DNA of 64,000 bases, from positions 91,698,001 to 91,762,000 of the forward strand of contig NC_086375.1 in NCBI RefSeq assembly GCF_036588685.1, written 5' to 3'. The DNA is from Mytilus trossulus. Taxonomy: Eukaryota. The position numbers and the translations under genes were made by a program. The notes below the pieces were generated by a model, which saw only the letters and a program-made list of their open reading frames with translations, did not search any database and was not told the origin of the DNA. Positions 24,854 to 38,500 of the stretch are shown piece by piece (position 1 is the first letter of the stretch; the number at the start of each line of letters is the position of its first letter).

Positions 24854-27800
24854 ATGATTATAAGAATTGTAAGACGTTGTCTCTTGAGATCGCATTATAG
24901 AAACATTTTACATCGTCAGTGTTGTCAAAAGTATCATAAGTCTCCATATAATGTCGACATACCAAACATATCTATAACGGAATACATTCTAAAGGACATA
25001 AACAAATACAGAAAGTTCACAGCTCTTGTAAGTAATACTAGTAACTTCTAATTTGTATTATTTTACTTGCCGATAAAGGTAGAAGATACCAAGGAGCAAT
25101 CGAATTACAAGAAGAAGAAAAACACACCATGGACAAAAATAAAACGACAAACACTTAGGAACGACATCAAAAGTTCAATGTAGGATAAAAAACTTAATTC
25201 AGATAGTTTTTTACTGACCCCCCTACCCCCTCTTAACTCAATTTCTCATGCATACAAAACATTGATAAGTCATATCTTGATGTGCCATCTTATACAATAC
25301 AAAGTATGGCAAGACAAAGATATAAGACGATGTGGTATAAGATAAAGTGAGACAACTCTTCATCCAAGTCACAATTTGTAAAAGTAAACCATTATAGGTC
25401 AAAGAACGGTTATTCAACACAGAGCATTGGCTCCGACCGAATAACAAGCTATAAAAAGCACCACAAATGACAAGTGTCAAACCATTCAAACGGGAAAACC
25501 AACGGTCTAACATATGTACAAAACATCAGGTTACAAAGACATTCATATTAACACGCTTTATTCTTTAGATAAATGGCATTACTGGACAAGAAACAACCTT
25601 TGATCAGTTAGAGTCTGAAATAATTTCTACTGCAACAGGATTTAAAAATATTGGATTACAAAAGAACGATGTAGTGTGTTTATATGGAACGAATCGTCCC
25701 GAGTTCGCACATGTCTTTTGTGGTGTGACGGCCAACGGTGCTATTTTAACAATAGCTAACTCGCAGCTTACTGCAGGTTGGTGAGTTTGTAAAATAAGTC
25801 TTATTATTTACCTATAATTACAATATGTATTGTCGGATTTATTTTCATGAGTATGCGGAACATAAAAGTGACTTCATGTTCTGATTAATGTTGGAGAGAC
25901 AACTTACTTAATGTATTGGGAATTTACATGCAAGTCTTACATAAAACGAATCAACATCAAAGCAATCTTTTTCCTTACTAGAAAAATCGATTAGAAGATA
26001 TCAATTACATCTTTCCAATGCGTTTTAAATCATTCCTGCTAATACTTGATTGTGATTTATGATTAATTATTGTCTTCAGGGTGCAATTCTTAGCAAGCAA
26101 ATCTGAAATCTATCTCACTTTAAGCTGTCTATGTACTCTTGTAGATGAGCTGGCCACACAACTATGTGATACTAGTACAAAGTTTATTGTCACAACACCT
26201 GACTGCGTTACTAAGGCGATTAATGCAAAAGTCAAAGTTCCAAGTATAAAGGTATACAATTTTCAGACCAAACTATTAAATGTCACTCAATAGAATATTC
26301 AATCAAAGTAATATGAACTGTACTAAATGGTAGTCCCGTATCGTTTATTTGGTTCCTTTTACTCATATCCAAACAGACTTTTATTCTGAACAAAATTACT
26401 TGTTTTATTATACAAGATAATACAAAAATTTCTAAGGGTTCCACGGAACCCAGTGTCTCGCCTGTTTTTGCTGTAAATCGCAGGCTCAACAACAATGAGG
26501 AAAAAAATCAATAAAAATATTCCTCTTGTTACTATTTTATGATTGTAAGAAAATCTAAGTCCATTTAAAAGTAAATAACAGAAAAAACGGAGTAATCCTT
26601 TTACAAACTTTACTTCTGGATACAATCTTATGATCATAAATAAGCTTCTGTCCAAGTTTGGTACAAGCCCAGGATAGTTTAAGAAAGTTATTAAAATTTT
26701 AAAAACTTTAACCACAGAGTGAATGTAATGGTTCCCCGCAGAAAAACTAAGTCCATTTAAAAGTAAAATATGGAAAAAATGGAATTATTTATTTACAAAA
26801 TTTACTTCTGGATACTATCTTAAGATCATATACAAGCTTCTGTCCAAGTTTGATACAAACCCAGGGTAGTTTAAGAAAGTTATTAAAATTCTAAAAACTT
26901 ACCACAGAGTGAATGTAATGTTTCCCCGCAGAAAAAAACTAAGTTCCTTTATAAGTAAAATACGGAAAAAATTGAATTTTATTTTTACAAAATTTACTTC
27001 TGGATATTATCTCATGATCATAAACAAGCTTCTGTCCAAGTTTGGTACAAACCCAGGATAGTTTGAGAAAGTAATTAAAATTCTTAAAACTTTAACCACA
27101 GAGTGAATGTTCTGTTTCCCCGCAGAAAAAACTAAGTCCATTTATAGTAAAATACAGAAAAATGGAATTTTGTTTTTACAAAATTTACTTCTGGATACTA
27201 TCTTGTGATCATAAACAAGCTTCTGTCAAAGTTTGATAAAAATCCAGTAAAGTTTAAGAAAGTTATTAAAATTTCAAAAACTTTAACCACAGAGTGAATA
27301 TTTGTTGACGCCGCCGACGCCGCCGACGACGACGGAATGTAGGATCGCTTAGTCTCGCTTTTTCGACTAAAGTCGAAGGCTCGACAAAAATCAATTAGGG
27401 AACACGCTTTAAAATTTTACTTACATTTTATTTGAACATTTGTATGATATTTATTGCAGGAAATCATAGTTATAGGCTATTCAGAATTTCATCGAAACTT
27501 TAGTGACCTAATAGAAACCAAGACAAATCAATTTCCAGATGTAAACATTAACCCTGATACCGATACTGCACTAGTACCATACTCCAGTGGAACCACAGGG
27601 TTACCAAAAGGCGTACTGCTGACTCATAAAAACTTAGTGGCTGAACTTTGTCAATTACGGTGATATTCTTTTTCTATTTATGTTCAATATATGTTGTAAC
27701 GTAATTCAAATGTTCCAATGAGTATTTAATCCTTAAAGATATACAATGGATGTACCATATGCTCATCTTAAAATGATGTATCGTAACTGTAGCAATGCTA

Positions 27801-30800
27801 TATAAATCAAAAATGGAGCAGAAAACAGGTCTTTATGGTTTTTTAAAAGTCCAAAAATCAATCTCGTTCAAAGAAACTCATATCTGTTATAATACTTATA
27901 TCATCAAATATACTAAACGGTGAAAAAGTTACCGTTTTATAAAGAACATAGGAGAATTGTAGCAAGTATATAAATAAAGTGTTAATTTTTTTGTATTTGT
28001 ATAATATAGACATCCCACAATAATTCCATTTGTGTCTGGCGAGGAGAAGTCTATTTCCTGTCTTCCTATGGTACACATCGCCGGACTTATGATAGGAATG
28101 CTGAACCCCATGTCACAGGGAGCGGCTACGGTTGTTCTACCAAGGTTTGAAGCAGAATCTTACCTCAAAGCCATTCAAAATTTTAGGGTAGGTCTAATTA
28201 AATATTATCTTTTTCGCATTATGATTTTTTTTTATGAAAGACCCCACTCTTATATTTTATATATTATAAAAACAAATTTACCATCTGAACAAAGTAAAAT
28301 TCATCTTTCCAAATAAAATATTAATTAATTTTGATCCGCTCTGTATCTTGCAAAATTTTTTTTTTGTACAAACTGTAAACCAAGAAAAGAAAATGTCAAA
28401 AAGAAGTAATCATTTTCTTTTCAGGGAACGTTCAGTTTAATAGCACCACCACTTGTAAACTTTCTTGCCAAGGACCCGATGGTATCCAAGTACGACTTAT
28501 CTACTCTACATACACCATACTCTGGGGCTGCTCCATTAAGTAAAACTTTAACTGAACAAATGGTACATAGACTCAAACTACAGGGAGTAAGACAAGGTAA
28601 ATAAAGTATGCTAGTCATTGCTATGCGAATAGCACTAGCGCCAATAACAATCGAGAAAGAGTTAAAGATTATTTTGAGTAAAGGTTACTCCAACTTCATA
28701 GTTTGGTATGTGTTAGAAAGTTTGAGTCAGTAATTAGTAGTAAAAATCTAAGAGCTTGTAAGCACTGAACGGTAAAGATTGCTTCAATTTATCAGTGTGA
28801 AGTAAAATTAAATATTGCATTGGTTGTAGTTGATTTAACAGCAATTCTAGAAAAAGGAGGATAACTCCAATTTTTAAACTGAGATGACTTTAACAATGAC
28901 ATCATTTATAATTTTAGATTCCTGCTCCTTGCAAAATTTACGTAATTTTCTTGACGGTTGTAACATCATTTTGTGCCTTGCATATCTGAACTTTACATCG
29001 ATAGATTTCTTGAAATGTTCATGGATAGGATGTATATAATGTTATGATCAATGCACTATATTTTGTGTATCAAAAAGGTAGTGACAAGTCTTGGAACATT
29101 TATATATCAAGTCAGTCCCATAAGGTTTTGATTGCATTTCAATCTTTACCTAAAAACCAAAAGTGTATGTTAATATATTTCATACAATAGATGAAAATAG
29201 AGAAGACAAAAATACATCAAGCATCAAAGGCAAACAGATAAATCCCGAATTATGTGACATATTGACGGATAATTAAAATAAAGCAAAAAGTATTTGAAAC
29301 AGTAATCAATGATTTTAATATAATATAAAATGTCATAAAATTAGATAATCAATTTATTGAGCAGGCTATGGAATGTCAGAAACAAGTGGCGCTATATTCA
29401 CAGATCCTGTTGGTTGTTATAAATATGGTTCAATCGGCAAGCCAGTACCTAATACCATATCAAAGGTAACTTATTTCAAAGTACACATTATATAGAAGAT
29501 AAATGTATATGATAAGTGTAATTTTGATCTTTTAACTTTTATACTTATATTCTATAAATATTTACTAAGTACAGGAATTTATCAAATTGCTTCAGTGTGT
29601 CTGTATTGCATATCACTCTATTTAATGTTGAAAATACATATATAAATGATTATGGAATACTCAAAAGGTTTTACCTTTAGTGTTAGACCTACATAATCTT
29701 TATAAATATTTTTTAGCTGGTCGATATTGAAACTGGAGAAACTATAACAAAAGCATTTGAGTCCGGTGAAATATGGGCGTGTGGGCCACAAATTACAAAA
29801 GGATATTTAAACAATGAAGAAGCAACCAGGAGGTCTATTACAGAAGAAGGCTGGATAAAAACAGGTTACTCTATAAACTGTTCTTGTTAACTGCAAAAAA
29901 AAAATTAAATGGGAAATGTGTCCATGGCACACTGATGATTTTATGATAATAAGCATGTGTACAAGTTTCATAATATTAGGTTGAGGCTAACTTCAGTTAG
30001 AGAACAGAAACTGAAAAAATCAGGAATTTTCCATTTGTAAAGGAGCATAACTCAAAATCGGTGAAATTTGTTTAAATCATATAAAAAAAAAATCAAAAGT
30101 TATTGATGTCATAAAAAAACTTTAAACACACACTGAACCTAAATGCCTCCTTGGATGATATCAACAATGACAGAATGTAGCTTCGCTATGTATATCTTCT
30201 CAACATTGAGGTCACACACTCAACAAAAATAGTAGTCGGGTCATTATACAAGACACTCTTACTGCAGTCTTCATGAAGATGTTTATAAATAAAAAATACT
30301 TCAATGTATAATCAAAGAGTTTCGTTTATCAAGTTTTATTTACATTCTCACATTTCATTTATGCTTATCATTCTAAAGGTCTCAGAATTTTTCAGGTGAT
30401 ATAGCTTACTATGATGATGATGGTCATTACTTTGTTGTTGACAGATTAAAAGATATTATCAAGTACAAAGGATATCAGGTAACCTGCATTAATTACCTAT
30501 ACAATTACACAAAAGACACACTTATACAAATATTCAACCAGTTGTAGATGTATTAAAATTCACATTCATTTTTCAAAACTGCTTCTATTATTTCATATTA
30601 GCACACATATCACACTCTCTCATGATTGTTCCGTGTTCAAGGGTCATGGTTACATGAAAACTGTTAAGGCTGGCACTTTAAAACTCAAACAGGCTATTTA
30701 TCTAATAAACTAAAATGATGAGCTACTTTAGATTCTGTACAGAGAACAAATTACAACACAGAGCTGTGAGGAATATTAGTTTTGATTAACATTTCAGATA

Positions 30801-31624
30801 TCCCCCACCTATCTGGAGTCTATACTGTTATCCCACGAAGCTGTACTAGAGGCAGCGGTTATTGGAGTACCTGCTGATGTTTTTGGTGAAGTTCCAAAGG
30901 CTTACGTTGTACTTAAATCACATGCTGAAGCAACAGAAATACAGAAATATATAAATGGTAATGCTACATATTCAAAATCTAAGGAATTTGTTTTAAGCTT
31001 GCCTACAAATAAATATTGATCAATAGTGGAAATGCACATTTTCTAACCATTACAGGAAATACAAAGCTTTCTCTATTTTTTTTATGCATATTAGAAAATG
31101 TAAACACAATTATTTGAATGTTATTACAAGGATGAGAACACAGTTCAAAATAAGAGGTAAAAGTGAAAATACAAAAATACTGAACTCAGAGGAAAACTCA
31201 TTCGGGAAGTCCCTAATCACATGGCAAAATCAAATGACAAAACACTTCAAAAGAATAGACAACAACTGTCGTATTTCTGACTTGGTACAGGCATTTTTAA
31301 AAATGGTGGATTTAACCTGGAATGTTCTAACTGTACAATTAAATTGTTTTCCATTATGCACATCCTGTACTTCAAAACTAATTTTTAAAGACATACATGT
31401 ATTGTCTAGTTCTCTGCAAAGATAACCTAGCCTTTAGCCAGGCTGATATCAAGCATTTCTATTAAATGTTATATTTTTTTGTAGAACGAGTGTCCCCATA
31501 TAAGAAACTTCGAGGTGGCTTAGAAATAGTGGATGAAATTCCTAAACTACCAAGCGGTAAAATACTCAGAAGAAAACTACCTCAAACAGATAATGGAAAA
31601 GAAAATCTCAAAATAAACTATTAA
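24854..31624 (+). CDS. ANL-superfamily adenylating enzyme, 4-coumarate-CoA ligase-like / firefly-luciferase-like acyl-CoA synthetase
   Basis: Exons 24854-25027, 25569-25776, 26145-26251, 27460-27659, 28010-28187, 28425-28596, 29365-29465, 29717-29864, 30396-30478, 30798-30957, 31485-31624. Motifs [51 protein letters not shown]...[12 protein letters not shown]; AATAAA at 31627. Confidence 0.93.
26426..27390 (-). mobile_element. HINE-type element with ~190-195-bp internal tandem repeats (same family as 62802-63679)
   Basis: Reverse complement of the 62802-63679 element: GTCGAGCCTTCGAC..GCGAGAC head, CGT/CGG microsatellite, tandem units, terminal hairpin GGGTTCC-GGAACCC. Confidence 0.85.
31165..31320 (+). 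repeat. Interspersed repeat family C
   Basis: AAAAATACTGAACTCCGAGGAAAATTCAAAACGGAAAGTCCCTAATC consensus; copies at ~24500, ~56082, ~57195, ~58590, ~59700 (+) and ~59030-59170 (-). Confidence 0.75.
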
Positions 31625-32163
31625 TGAATAAATCTGTGATTTCTAGAATGTATCAGTTAAGTTACTGAATTATTAAAATATCAGACTGAAAAGTTTTTTT
31701 TAGGGCTGTGCAAATAAGTAATTCAACTTGTTTATCACAGAAAAATGTTTATGACACATAAAATAAATGCGGAATATGTCCATTGGCCACAGATGATGTC
31801 CCCCCCCTTTTTAGCCTATAACATTATAAAGGGACATAACTCAGAAATGGAAAAGGCACTAACAAAATTAGTACTTAATCTGAGTTTTGCAGTTATAACC
31901 ATTGTGTATAAGTTTCATATCATTTCATTGAGGCAAATTTTAGTTATAGAATGAAACGAAAAAAAATCAGGCATTTTTCCATCTGTACAGGGGCCTAACT
32001 CTACAACAGTAAAAGTGACACCACAAAAATTCAAACTTGATAAGTGTTTTTTGATAAGCATAGTGTATAAGTTTCATACCATTTGGTGAAGGCAAACAAA
32101 AGTAAGAGAACGGAAACTTATTTTGCGACATTTCTTTAAATTCAATTGGGCTATGACTTTGTC

Positions 32164-32203
32164 CAAGGATTTGTATAGTTAGATCTAACTATACAAATCC
32201 TTG
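32164..32203. repeat. Perfect 40-bp palindrome with 7-bp direct flanks (minimal TIR element)
   Basis: CAAGGATTTGTATAGTTAGA|TCTAACTATACAAATCCTTG flanked by CTTTGTC at 32157-32163 and 32204-32210. Confidence 0.9.
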
Positions 32204-32549
32204 CTTTGTCTGATGTGACAATGACAAAAGGAGAGATAGAAATCACTTGAAGCATTACAGTGGTATCATTTATTCAAACTTGTGTAGCAAACTTTCAAAT
32301 TCTATTTTTTATCCAATTTCTATCCTCAGTACTGCTGGCAATCATGTTTGATGGCTGTTTTGACCACTCATAACTTCTTAGGAAAGTTATTTAGTTTTAA
32401 TTTTCTAATTTTAAGTCATATGAAAATGATCAGCTGGTTTTCTGACTACTCCAGACTTTTTTTGATCTTCATCATCATGTTCTATCAACTGTTTATCATC
32501 CAGTAGCACTGTACTTTTATCAGTCCCATAATCTGATATTTAATCTTAT

Positions 32550-35500
32550 TCAGCTATTTCCATCTTCTTCTTTCATTTGTTCTATCAGTCTCTTTCTTTC
32601 CTCTGCTTGTCTCATCTTATGAAGTACTATGCTCTCAAAGTCAGTGTCATCACTTGAAACAACAGTAGGCTGTGAACAAATTAAGAAACATTATAAATAA
32701 ATTGTGATTTGGTTTGTTTATGTGCCTTATGTGAAGACTTTAACACAGGACAAGCAAGCAATGATTTTAATACATGTATTCTAATTTTTTGTTTCTTGTG
32801 TACAAGTTTGAACTAGTATATATTTGTTTAGGGGCCAGCTGAAAGACGACTCCGGGTGTGGGAATTTCTCGCTACACTGAAAACCTGTTGGTGGCCTTCT
32901 GCTGTTGTTTTTTTCTATGGTCGGGTTGTTGTCTCTTTGACACATTCCCCAGGCCCGTAGCCAGGAATTTCCAAAGGGGGGTTCGTTTGACTCACAAACT
33001 CGACTTTAACAGTCACAATTCGAACAGAACATTGACTTTAACAGTGCTTTTTTGTTTTCAAGGGGGAGTTCGGACGAACCCCCCGAACCCCCCCTGGCTA
33101 CGGGTATGTTCCCCATTTCCATTCTCAATTATACTTAATAATAATTCTCAATTATACTTAATAATAATTCTCAATTATACTTAATAATAAAACCAGTACT
33201 ATCTATCTGTATTACATTTGTTTAAAGAATTTTCAGGAGGTATTGTAACATTTTCTCTCCCCCCCAAAACAAAAGAATATACATTGTAACTAAAAATATA
33301 TACCTGACTGGTAGTAGTAGTAGCTTCAACTTGTCCATCAAGCCAAATAAATGTCAAGGGGTTTTCTGCTAGACCCTTTTCAAACTGAGCTGCCATGCTC
33401 TGTAAAAGTGTTTACTTATTAATATCTTTATAATGACACTATAAAATGATATTAGATTTATACAATGCTATTTTGAGTTTTTGGAAGTTTCTAGTAAATG
33501 AGGTCTTAAAATTAAGATCAACTAACATTTACAATTTTATTTATTAGCTTATCAAAAATGTAAAAAGTGGAAAAATTTGAACTTAGTTTATTATTGACTG
33601 ATTGATTGTAGGTTATTTAATGCCTAGTGGCAAATATTTCATGCATGTTCATAAAAAAATATAAACAATAGAAAGGTCTGTTCAATAAAAGACAGTTTAG
33701 ACTGGCACTCTGGCTATATGAGACATTTGATTTAATGTCTTCACTTTTTTACTGAACATGGTTAGTTCTTGTAGTCAATGTAGATTGAAAACTGGTATTG
33801 GTATATTGTGAGATCTGTGAAATGGATGTTACTGGCTTATGTACCCTATCATTTAATGTAATTGGAAGGAAAGAGAACTAAACAAATACTGATTTGCATA
33901 AATAGCCAGTTGCCGTTATATTTTACTTTTTTTAGAATTATAAAATAAGACTTACAGCAGCATTTCTGTCCTTGAACTCTACAATACCACTTCCATTTCT
34001 TTTCCTGGAGATAATTAAGTTCAGGACATCACCATACTGAAAATATACTGAATTGTAATTAAAACATCTACACTGCAAGGAAAATTTACTTTTTAAAATC
34101 AGCATATTTAAATTTTCTTTGACATTTTCCTTTGATGCCTTTATATAACACAAGTCAGCAAAGATAGGTGGGTTACACATCATTTTGTATATAACTACTG
34201 TAGATGTAAAGCATATAAAGTTTTATTAAGAAAGATGACCATGGAAAAGCAAAATAATGAAAAATCCTTACACTTGTCATTTAATAAAATACAAGTTGAG
34301 TATATAGGTATTTATAAAAGTCAGAGAAAAGGTCACATGCAAAGGGGGTATACATCTGTTATCCATACCCCTTTCTTAGCCACTAGCTGTATTTTGCGGA
34401 ACCTATTAAAGACTTGCTTTTACATTTAAAGTATCTCAATCTAAGTGATATGAGGGATATTCACAATGCATACATTGTAGATATTTGAAAATATACATAA
34501 ATATATGTAAGGGATACAAACCAAGAAAACAAATTAATGAATGGATGAATATGAGCTGAAGACATCAAAGATCACTATTAACCCCTGAAACATTAAGTGA
34601 AGGATGATTTTATTTTTAATTACAATACAGAAAATAATATTCAAACCTTGTGTAAAAGATTGTATAAAACATCATATGAGTAGCCTCCATTACTGTCATC
34701 ACCCTTCTTAGCCTTCCATTTAATCTAAAATAAAATATATCCTCTCAGTTAACTATGTGTCGAAGGTCATCTTTTGTTTGGGTACAAACGACGTCACAAG
34801 AAACATGACAGATAAAGAAATGATTTGTGTTAATATGACAAATGCTATAAATAAAGTTAAAGCAGAGTTTCCAAATGCGGATATATGCATATTCAGTATA
34901 CTGCCAAGAAAGGGCAAAGGTCAAACTTTAACAAAATGTAATTTAACATCTCATTCTGTTAATTTGTATATGGAAAAGGTATGTTCAAAAGACCAAAGGC
35001 TGTCTTTTATCGATCTTTGGGATGATTTTTGTCGACCAGGCATGGGTGTCAACCCCATTAAAACATTGTTTGATAAAAATGACCCATCCGGGGTACATAT
35101 CAATCCAGAAGGAGCAAAACAACTTGTTTCTCTTGTCAAGAACTTTATGAGTATAGACAGATTAGGCGAATACCAAACACCATGTGGTAAAAAGAGAACT
35201 CGAAGTTCAGCTTCAACACCAGGATCAGGCGAGAAACAGCAATCAAAAAGACAAAACTCTTCTTTGGAAGAAACTGTTTCTAAGTAAATTATCCCGGCAT
35301 ATTCCTTAAACGAGCTTATGGAGAACTTTGTGTAAAATGTATATAATATATTATTATAAATTTTTATCATATAATGAAAAACTTACAAAAAATACATGCT
35401 ATTATTGTGTATGCAAAATCTTGCATTTATTGTAAATATTTTGGAAAATTTTTGAACAGTATTATGTTAGTGATACAAATATGTGTATTTGTTGGTGAAA

Positions 35501-38500
35501 TAAGTAGGCAGATAATAATTACATATGAAATATATGGTATGGGAGATAACTCTAAAAAAAATGCATTGCAAGTGTACGTGCAAATTCATTTATTGTAAAT
35601 ATATTGAATATAGGTTGGACTTTTATTATGTTGTATAACATAAATGAAATCGGTGAACTGTATAGCAAACTAAATATTCAGAATTTTGAAGACAATAATA
35701 TAAATATATATTTTCCCCATAAAGTATGTCTATTCGTTTAGTTTCATTAAACGCAAACGGTATGAGAGATAAGTCAAAACGAAATGCATTATTTCAATGG
35801 TGTCAAAAAAAGAATTTTGATTTTATATGTTTGCAAGAAACTCATTGCACAAAATTTGTTGAAAATGAATGGAAAAAAGAATGGGGAGGTTTAAGTTTTT
35901 GGTGTAACGGGACTTCCGTTTCCAAAGGGGTAGCAATTTTAGTGAAACCAAATTTAGATATAAACATTACTGAAAAATATAAAGATGCAGAGGGAAGGAA
36001 ATTAATAGTTGAATTCAAATTAGACTCAAACGAAACTATTAGAATTTTTAATGTCTACGCCCCTAATAATGGCATAGAAAGAAAACATTTCTTTAATAAG
36101 TTAAAAATAGATAAAGAAAATGATATTGTGAATTACGTTATGGGAGATTTTAATTGTTGTCTAAATAGGAAATTAGATAGAAAACATATGCCCAAACGTG
36201 AAGATGCGGGAAATTATGAACTAAAAAATTTCATTGAAAAAAATGAATTGACGGACATTTGGCGTCTCAGATATCCAAACAAAAAACAATATACATTTTC
36301 AAGGGGTCAATCATACTCGAGAATAGATTATATATTCACCAGTGAGAATATCGATTGTAGAGTAAACAATGCAAAAATTGTTTATTTTCCCTTCAGCGAT
36401 CACGACGTCGTAACAATTACTATGAACCTCGTCGAACCAGAAAGAGGCCCGGGTTACTGGAAAATGAACAATAGTATAATTAAAACCGACCTTTTCAAAA
36501 ATACTTTTGAAACATTTTGGAAATCTTGGAAACTTAACATAAATAATTTTAAAGATAAAAAGGAGTTCTGGGATTTAACAAAAACTAAAATAAAGGACAT
36601 AACAATAACGGTTTCAAAGAAACTTAGATTAAATGAAAATGAAGTTAAAAATTGGGAAGATAAATTAGAAAATCTGTTAGAAAATGATGGAACAAAAAAA
36701 AATCTGAATGAGGTTGAAAAACTAAAAAAAGATATATATAAATATTACGAACAAAAAGCAGAAGCAGCACGCATAAGATCAAAAATAAATTGGTATGAAA
36801 AAGGTGAAAAATCCACAAATTATTTTTTCAGATTAGAACAAAAACGAGGAAAAGAAAAACTATGGTCAAAAATAAAAGCCGAAAATGGCACATACAAAAA
36901 AAATATTAATGAAATCTTAGGCGAGCAATTAAAATATTATGAGAAACTTTTTACCTCGGGGGGTTGTAATAGAGAGGCTGGGGAAAAATTACTATATAAT
37001 GTAAGTAAAACTCTATCTGAAGCAGAAAAACGGTTATGTGATAGTGAAATTACAAAAGATGAAATTTTCAAAGCAATTAAATTAATGAAAAGGGATAAAT
37101 CACCAGGGGAAGATGGCATAACTGCAGAATTTTATCAGGAATATTGGTTTTTGATACAGGATGAGCTTACGCAAATATTAAAAGAAACCTTTTTTGATAA
37201 AACACTTTCCGAATCGCAGAGACTTGGAATGATAAGCCTATTATATAAAAGTGGGGAGAGGGAGGATATTAAAAACTGGCGACCTATAACATTATTAAAT
37301 GTAGACTATAAAATTTGCTCAAAAATTCTGGCTGAACGTTTGAAAATAGTTCTACCATCAATTATAGAAACAGATCAAAAAGGGTTTGTTAAGGGCAGAA
37401 ATATTTTTGATTCTAATAGAATGCTGCAAGATATTTTCGATTTTATAGATATGGAAGACGAGGAAGGATCAATCCTTTTTCTTGATCAAACAAAAGCTTT
37501 TGACTATGCAGAATGGGAATGGTTAGATGCATGTTTAGAAAAATTTCAATTTGGGGAAAATTTTCGGGAATGGGTTAAAATGTTACTAAAAAATGCTAAA
37601 ACTTGTTTAATGACTAACGGTTTTCAATCAAGATACGTCCCAATTTCTAGATCAATCCGTCAGGGCTGTCCAATATCGCCGATGCTTTACATTTTACAAG
37701 CAGAGCCGATGGCAGCCACAATTAGGGCTAATCCGAAAATTCAAGGAATAAATTTACCCCACCCTGACATAGAAAATGAAAAGAAAGAGGTTAAGATTAA
37801 CATGTTTGCAGACGATACACAATTTTTTAATAGAACAGAGGAATCAATAGAGGAAACATTCAAGGTTTTAGAAATATATGAGAAAGCATCGGGTGCTAAG
37901 ATAAATTATGAAAAGACTGTAGGGGTATATTTGGGTCGTTGGAAAAATAAAACACCAAAATATAAAAAAATTAGGTGGTCTAGCGAACCAATTAAAGCAT
38001 TGGGAGTCATGCATGGATATAGTGTTGATATAGAAGCTATATGGTTAGAAAAAATAAAGAAGATTAAGGCGTGTCTTGAGGTTTGGAAATCTCGTGACCT
38101 AACATTGAAGGGCAGAGTCTTAATATTAAAATCATTGATCATTTCTAAAATAGGGTTCGAAATCGAAATGCGAGGTATACCTGAAAAATATAAAAAAGAA
38201 ATAAACAATTTCATGTGGAATTTTATATGGGAGGGGAAAGTAAATTTAATTAAAAGGGACGTGTGTTGCTTACCGTTAGAAGAAGGGGGGATTGGTATGA
38301 TCAATATAGACTCGTTCATTAAATCCAAACAAATCAAAAGTATGCAAAAGATTTTAAGATCAAAAACCGATAACTGGAACACAATAGCCAAATGGTGGCT
38401 ACAGAAGTTTGATATCAAATATAATTGTAATAATTTTTTAGCAAAGTGTTCGGACTTACGAGGATTGCAAATGGAAAATTTTCCAAAATACTATCTTGAG

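Noticed and set aside
26359-26715. 118-aa ORF and similar ORFs at 63142-63384 and 63441-63731
   Set aside because: Chance frames within two copies of the same non-coding HINE.
24854-31624. Calling the ANL enzyme a true luciferase
   Set aside because: Family similarity only; pocket residues differ from firefly luciferase and most homologues are acyl-CoA synthetases.
37906-38418. Antisense ORFs (170 aa; also 34951-35370)
   Set aside because: Shadow frames of the LINE ORFs.
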